Assembly: GCA_000146045.2 (NCBI GenBank) | Contig: BK006938.2 | Span: forward strand, 768,001 to 832,000 | Direction of reading: 5' to 3' | DNA: 64,000 bases | From: TPA_inf: Saccharomyces | Lineage: Eukaryota | Part shown: piece by piece, positions 59,356 through 64,000 of the stretch | Layout of the letters: every line of letters begins with the position of its first letter | Numbering within the stretch: position 1 is the stretch's first letter | Notes under the pieces: model-generated | What the model was told of the DNA's origin: nothing | Seen by the model: only the letters and a program-made list of their open reading frames with translations | Databases searched by the model: none | Program-made: the position numbers and the translations under genes

Positions 59356-59581
59356 TGATGAACTCTCATATGCTTTTAATGCTGTAGAAATTTTCGGTTT
59401 TCCTTTTTAATCTTGCTACTTTTTGTTTTGAGATCGCTGAAATCAACTCGCGGGTTAGATTTTCTTATTTTTAAAAATGTAGAACGAACGATTATGGAAA
59501 CAACAATAACCAAAAAGAAAGGGAAAACAGTACCGCTTCTACTAATCTGTTGGATACATTAGACAATAAGCTCTAGGAAGT

Positions 59582-61057
59582 ATGGTATATCGTAACAGGT
59601 CAAAGAGCGTTTTATCTACACACAGCAAGAAGAGCGACGATAAGGCCCACTATAAATCACGTTCGAAAAAGAAATCAAAAAGCAGGAGCAAGAAGAGGTT
59701 AAGAATCTACTGGAGATACATATCTATTGTATGGATCTTATGGTTAGGATTAATATCTTATTATGAATCAGTGGTTGTGAAGAGAGCAATGAAGAAGTGC
59801 CAATGGTCGACTTGGGAGGATTGGCCTGAAGGCGCTGAAAGTCATAGGGTGGGTTTATTTGCAGACCCACAAATAATGGACGAATATTCATATCCTGGGA
59901 GGCCTCAAATAGTTAATTATTTTACAAGAGTGATTGTTGACCATTATCACAGGAGAAATTGGAAATATGTCCAGTATTACTTGGATCCTGATAGCAATTT
60001 TTTCCTAGGTGATCTATTTGATGGAGGGAGAAACTGGGATGATAAGCAATGGATTAAAGAGTACACACGATTCAACCAAATATTCCCCAAGAAGCCACTG
60101 AGAAGAACGGTCATGTCTTTACCAGGTAATCACGATATTGGTTTTGGAGACACAGTTGTTGAATCGAGTTTACAGAGATTTTCTAGTTACTTTGGAGAAA
60201 CTTCCTCCTCATTAGACGCTGGAAATCATACCTTTGTACTTTTAGATACAATTTCGCTTTCTGATAAAACAAATCCGAATGTCTCGAGGGTTCCTAGACA
60301 GTTTTTGGATAATTTTGCAATGGGTTCACATCCGCTTCCTAGAATTCTTTTAACTCACGTTCCATTATGGAGGGATCCAGAACAGCAAACGTGCGGTCAG
60401 CTACGTGAATCCAAAGAACCTTTTCCTATTCAGAAAGGGCACCAGTACCAGACAGTTATAGAAAACGATATATCACAAGAAATTTTAACGAAAATTCAAC
60501 CAGAAATATTATTTTCCGGGGATGATCATGACCATTGTCAGATATCACACTCATATCCGTTTCAGGGGAAAACTAAAAATGCTCAAGAAATTACAGTAAA
60601 GTCATGTGCAATGAACATGGGGATCAGTAGGCCTGCTATTCAATTGCTCTCCTTATATAATCCTTCAGATTTGACAATGGTAAATGCCGGCGGAGAGTAT
60701 GCATCAAAAACTTACCAAACAGAGCTATGCTATATGCCAGATCCCTATAAGGCAATCAGAATGTACCTATGGGGATTATTATTCTCTGCTGCCTTTATCG
60801 CATACATGCATTTTTTCCCAAAATCTTTTAATAATCGCGTAGCAACCATAATGAACAGAGTATTTACACGACCTGATGGTAACACCTCAGATTTGCCATT
60901 ACCTACAAGTATTTCCAAATCGAAATCCAAAAAATCATTGACACATAGTAAATACGCTGTGAATGATACGCGTTCGATCAAACAATTTCTAGTTAATGCA
61001 ATTGTCCTTTTTGTTTCTGTGATGCCCATTTTTATTTATTTTTATACTGTAGTCTAG
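59582..61057 (+). CDS. CDC1: Calcineurin-like metallophosphoesterase (Mn2+-dependent, GPI-anchor remodelling), 491 aa
   Basis: Metallophosphatase motifs are present: GDLFDGGR, LPGNHDIGFG and FSGDDHDHC. There are an N-terminal transmembrane segment (ISIVWILWLGLISYY) and C-terminal transmembrane segments. Confidence 0.85.
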   Translation: MVYRNRSKSVLSTHSKKSDDKAHYKSRSKKKSKSRSKKRLRIYWRYISIVWILWLGLISYYESVVVKRAMKKCQWSTWEDWPEGAESHRVGLFADPQIMDEYSYPGRPQIVNYFTRVIVDHYHRRNWKYVQYYLDPDSNFFLGDLFDGGRNWDDKQWIKEYTRFNQIFPKKPLRRTVMSLPGNHDIGFGDTVVESSLQRFSSYFGETSSSLDAGNHTFVLLDTISLSDKTNPNVSRVPRQFLDNFAMGSHPLPRILLTHVPLWRDPEQQTCGQLRESKEPFPIQKGHQYQTVIENDISQEILTKIQPEILFSGDDHDHCQISHSYPFQGKTKNAQEITVKSCAMNMGISRPAIQLLSLYNPSDLTMVNAGGEYASKTYQTELCYMPDPYKAIRMYLWGLLFSAAFIAYMHFFPKSFNNRVATIMNRVFTRPDGNTSDLPLPTSISKSKSKKSLTHSKYAVNDTRSIKQFLVNAIVLFVSVMPIFIYFYTVV

Positions 61058-61150
61058 ACAGAATTACTGCTATTCTCTTCCAGGATCAAAATGCTTTGAA
61101 GGGAAACGTCTGGCTATTTAATATATGCGAATACACCTTATATACAGACA

Positions 61151-61354
61151 ATGAACAAGAGATATAAATTATACCGGGTGTGGTATTACTATGCTCACCA
61201 AACAGTTTGCATAACCTCTACTGGATTTGCATTATGTTTTGTGGTCCAAGCTAAAACTGCAGGACTGGGCGTAACACCAATTACTTCACTATACGGGGAC
61301 AAAAAAGAACACCTAGGTAAGTTGTTGGTTCCTTTAGTTTTATATCAAATTTAG
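61151..61354 (+). CDS. Small 67-aa ORF (YDR182W-A-like), hydrophobic
   Basis: The product is MNKRYKLYRVWYYYAHQTVCITSTGFALCFVVQAKTAGLGVTPITSLYGDKKEHLGKLLVPLVLYQI. It starts at ATG and sits in a 94-bp... actually 527-bp gap between CDC1 and PLP1, 94 bp after the CDC1 stop. Its coding status cannot be confirmed from sequence alone. Confidence 0.4.
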   Translation: MNKRYKLYRVWYYYAHQTVCITSTGFALCFVVQAKTAGLGVTPITSLYGDKKEHLGKLLVPLVLYQI

Positions 61355-61584
61355 CAAGTCATGACGGCAAATTTCTTTGTAAGCTTTGTTTAAAAGATGG
61401 ATACAAAAGGACGACTTTCCTTTCAATCTTTCGTTTTTGCTTTTTATTATTCCATAGCAATATAGTGATCATAGTAGTGTAATTTTTAGAGTTTAAAAAA
61501 CACGAAAGTAGGATGAAGTACAAAAGATTAACGAAAATACTCCATTCTCTTAACAACTCATACGTATATGAAGATTAAATTAAT

Positions 61585-62277
61585 ATGGAAGATAAATTAG
61601 ACAGATACTACACAAATGTGCTTTCAAATGCTGAAAAGGATAAACACACAACTGTCGATAGCGATGACAAAAGTAGTGGCGAGGAAAATTTAGATGAACT
61701 ACTTAATGAATTGGATAGAGAATTAGACGAGGATCATGAATTTTTGAGTGCTTATCGGTCGGAGAGGCTACAACAAATATCAGATCATTTAAAACAGGTC
61801 AAGAAGAATGTTGAGGATGACGGATACGGTAGATTGCAGTGCATTGATAACGAGGCAGATGCTATCCAAATATGTACAAAGACTACTATGGTGGTCATAC
61901 ATTTTGAATTAGAAACATTCGGTAAGTGCCAGTATATGAATGAAAAACTGGAAAACTTGGCAAAGAGGTATCTAACCACGAGATTTATTAAAGTAAACGT
62001 CCAAACATGTCCATTTTTGGTTAATAAACTGAATATTAAAGTACTTCCGTTTGTAGTTGGATACAAGAATGGCCTAGAAAAAGTTCGCTACGTAGGATTT
62101 AGTAAACTGGGAAATGACCCTAATGGGTTTGATATTAGGAGGCTAGAGCAATCTTTAGCCCATTCAGGTGTTATAGAAGACACATTCGAAATAAGAAAGC
62201 ATTCATCTGTGAATACGGAACGCTTCGCTTCTACAAATCATGATAGAAGTGAAAGTGATAGTGATTTAGATATATAA
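61585..62277 (+). CDS. PLP1: Phosducin-like protein (thioredoxin-fold), 230 aa
   Basis: An acidic N-terminus is followed by a thioredoxin-like fold (VVIHFELETFGKCQYMNEKLENLAKRY...VLPFVVGYKNG). It matches YDR183W. Confidence 0.75.
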   Translation: MEDKLDRYYTNVLSNAEKDKHTTVDSDDKSSGEENLDELLNELDRELDEDHEFLSAYRSERLQQISDHLKQVKKNVEDDGYGRLQCIDNEADAIQICTKTTMVVIHFELETFGKCQYMNEKLENLAKRYLTTRFIKVNVQTCPFLVNKLNIKVLPFVVGYKNGLEKVRYVGFSKLGNDPNGFDIRRLEQSLAHSGVIEDTFEIRKHSSVNTERFASTNHDRSESDSDLDI

Positions 62278-62628
62278 CTAAATAACCATTACCTCCCTAC
62301 TAAAAATGACTCGATGGTCTTTTAAGCCATACGCATGAGCGAAAATGGTTCCTCCTGTTCAAACTAAATCGGTTATTCGAGCGTACCGTTGAAAATTTAA
62401 TAAAACGTTTTGGGGGATTTATAGAAAGTTAAATACGAAATATGCGTATAGTAATGTTTATACATGAAACTCAAAAATGCGACTGTGTTCCTTAAAATAA
62501 TAAAAGTTGAGTACGAATAACGATGACTGAGAAAGGTAGTGTATATTGTATATAAAATTGGACCATCTTTGTAGTAAAGACAAAAAAACCAATAAATGCA
62601 GATAAACTTAGCAGAACTAACTCTAAAT

Positions 62629-63513
62629 TTAACTTTCCTTGGATGATTTTTCATTGAGTTTTTGAGTAAGTTCTAGGATTTGTTGCTTCAAGTCATCATT
62701 CTCAACCAATAAATGTGCTCTGTGAATTTCACTATCCTTTAAAGAGTCCATAGATTTTTTCAATTGAATACAAGATCTCGCGTAACCTTCTTTAATAAAA
62801 TTGAAATTGAGCAGCAATTTATGAGTATTAATTATTCTTGCCTTCATTTCCGAAATTTGACTTATTGTAAACTCATTTGTGAACTTAGCAGGCTTCGTTG
62901 CAGATACAATGTCTTGTCTTGCAGAATCTATTTTAGATGTTATATCAGTAATCATGGATTCTATTTTTAGGTGGGATTCATTAGCGTCGGATGAAGCTAA
63001 CGAAGATGAAGGTGATAGGGATGCAGGGGATAACATGGGTTCATTTGTGGTTTTCAAAAGGGATTTTTTCTTCTTGATGGTGGGTTTATCTATCTTATAG
63101 TTCTTTTGTTCTTTATCAGGTTTATGTACGTTATTTTGGTTTGTACTTTTATCTAATGATGCCTTGCCAGTATAACCCTTTTTATGCCTATCGAGATCAA
63201 TACCAACTAGGCTATCATTAGCACTTCTCTGCATTTCCAAAAGTGTGCTCGAATCGGTGTTGTGTTCATCGTTAAATAAAGATTCCAATGTTAGGTGTTT
63301 CTGAGAAGCGATGTCGGAATCAAAAATATCAGTGCAGTCTAAATTATCCATCATAACTTGTTCGAGATCCTTTCCCAAATCTAAACTCTGCCCATCAATC
63401 TTTACTGTATCATCAAAATGATTATTTGCCTGAGTGAGCAGCCGATGCAACGTATGTTCTATATTGGCATCATCTGTTAAATCTGTATTCGGATTGGACT
63501 GATTCGTGTTCAT
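62629..63513 (-). CDS. ATC1: Nuclear protein of unknown biochemical function, 294 aa
   Basis: The ORF track entry starts at GTG; the first ATG at 63511-63513 gives [35 protein letters not shown]. There is a C-terminal coiled-coil/leucine-zipper-like segment ([23 protein letters not shown]). The symbol is from synteny recall (YDR184C). Confidence 0.6.
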   Translation of the reverse strand: MNTNQSNPNTDLTDDANIEHTLHRLLTQANNHFDDTVKIDGQSLDLGKDLEQVMMDNLDCTDIFDSDIASQKHLTLESLFNDEHNTDSSTLLEMQRSANDSLVGIDLDRHKKGYTGKASLDKSTNQNNVHKPDKEQKNYKIDKPTIKKKKSLLKTTNEPMLSPASLSPSSSLASSDANESHLKIESMITDITSKIDSARQDIVSATKPAKFTNEFTISQISEMKARIINTHKLLLNFNFIKEGYARSCIQLKKSMDSLKDSEIHRAHLLVENDDLKQQILELTQKLNEKSSKES

Positions 63514-64000
63514 TATCTTCACGTTTTCCCTATCACAACCTTAGTGTAACTTGAACCAACAAAATTTAAGATGTCAAAACTTCAATCAAGTATTGAGCTC
63601 TTCAATAGGGCACTAGCCCTCTGAAATTTTTCATTGAAAATACCGTACCGCATGTTTTTTGGAAATTTTTCATCTCATCGCTAAAGTGGAAAAAAAAAAT
63701 TCTAGAAACTGAAAAAAAAGAGAAAAAAAAATGACAGAAAATATTTGATTTATATCAAGATGACACGAGTTTGCAAAAAGAGAAAGACACGCTATAGAAA
63801 CTATTTTGGCAAATTAATCTATTCACTTATTTTTGAGTTTCTGAGTGTAGTTATATGCAAAGAGGCTATAAATCCTTATTTTTTTGAGAAAAAATGCTTG
63901 AGAAAAAATGCTTGAGAAAAGATGTATTTTTTTTTATTCGTTAGCATTTTTCCAGATATCGTTGAACATTGCTAGAATACTATCAAACCCGACTTTCCCC

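Overview
This window reads as Saccharomyces cerevisiae nuclear DNA: it is AT-rich, its ORFs are compact and intron-free, and it contains a Ty1 delta LTR beside a tRNA gene with a tRNAi-Met primer-binding site. From memory of the S288C reference it corresponds to the chromosome IV right arm, genes YDR155C (CPR1) through YDR184C (ATC1), roughly chrIV 768-832 kb. That placement and the gene symbols are recall, not a computed search. I could support about 30 protein-coding genes, one tRNA-Gln(UUG), a 3'-truncated Ty1 retrotransposon (YDR170W-A-like) with an inverted diverged delta remnant beside it, several micro/minisatellites, and a few recognisable promoter motifs. The promoter motifs are a Gcn4 site at HOM2, HSE and STRE sites at HSP42, RRPE/PAC-like sites at RPA14, and a CCAAT box at SDH4. 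There is no rRNA, no CRISPR and no prokaryote-style operon. The ORF track uses non-ATG codons (TTG/GTG) as starts, so several ORFs carry artefactual N-terminal extensions; I trimmed those to the first in-frame ATG that gives the known protein length. I found no evidence for a previously undescribed system. The most interesting structures are the tRNA-Gln/Ty1-fragment/inverted-delta composite, the SUP35 prion-domain repeats, an (ATT)n microsatellite, and a 2.3-kb unannotated intergenic stretch between STB3 and SEC7.
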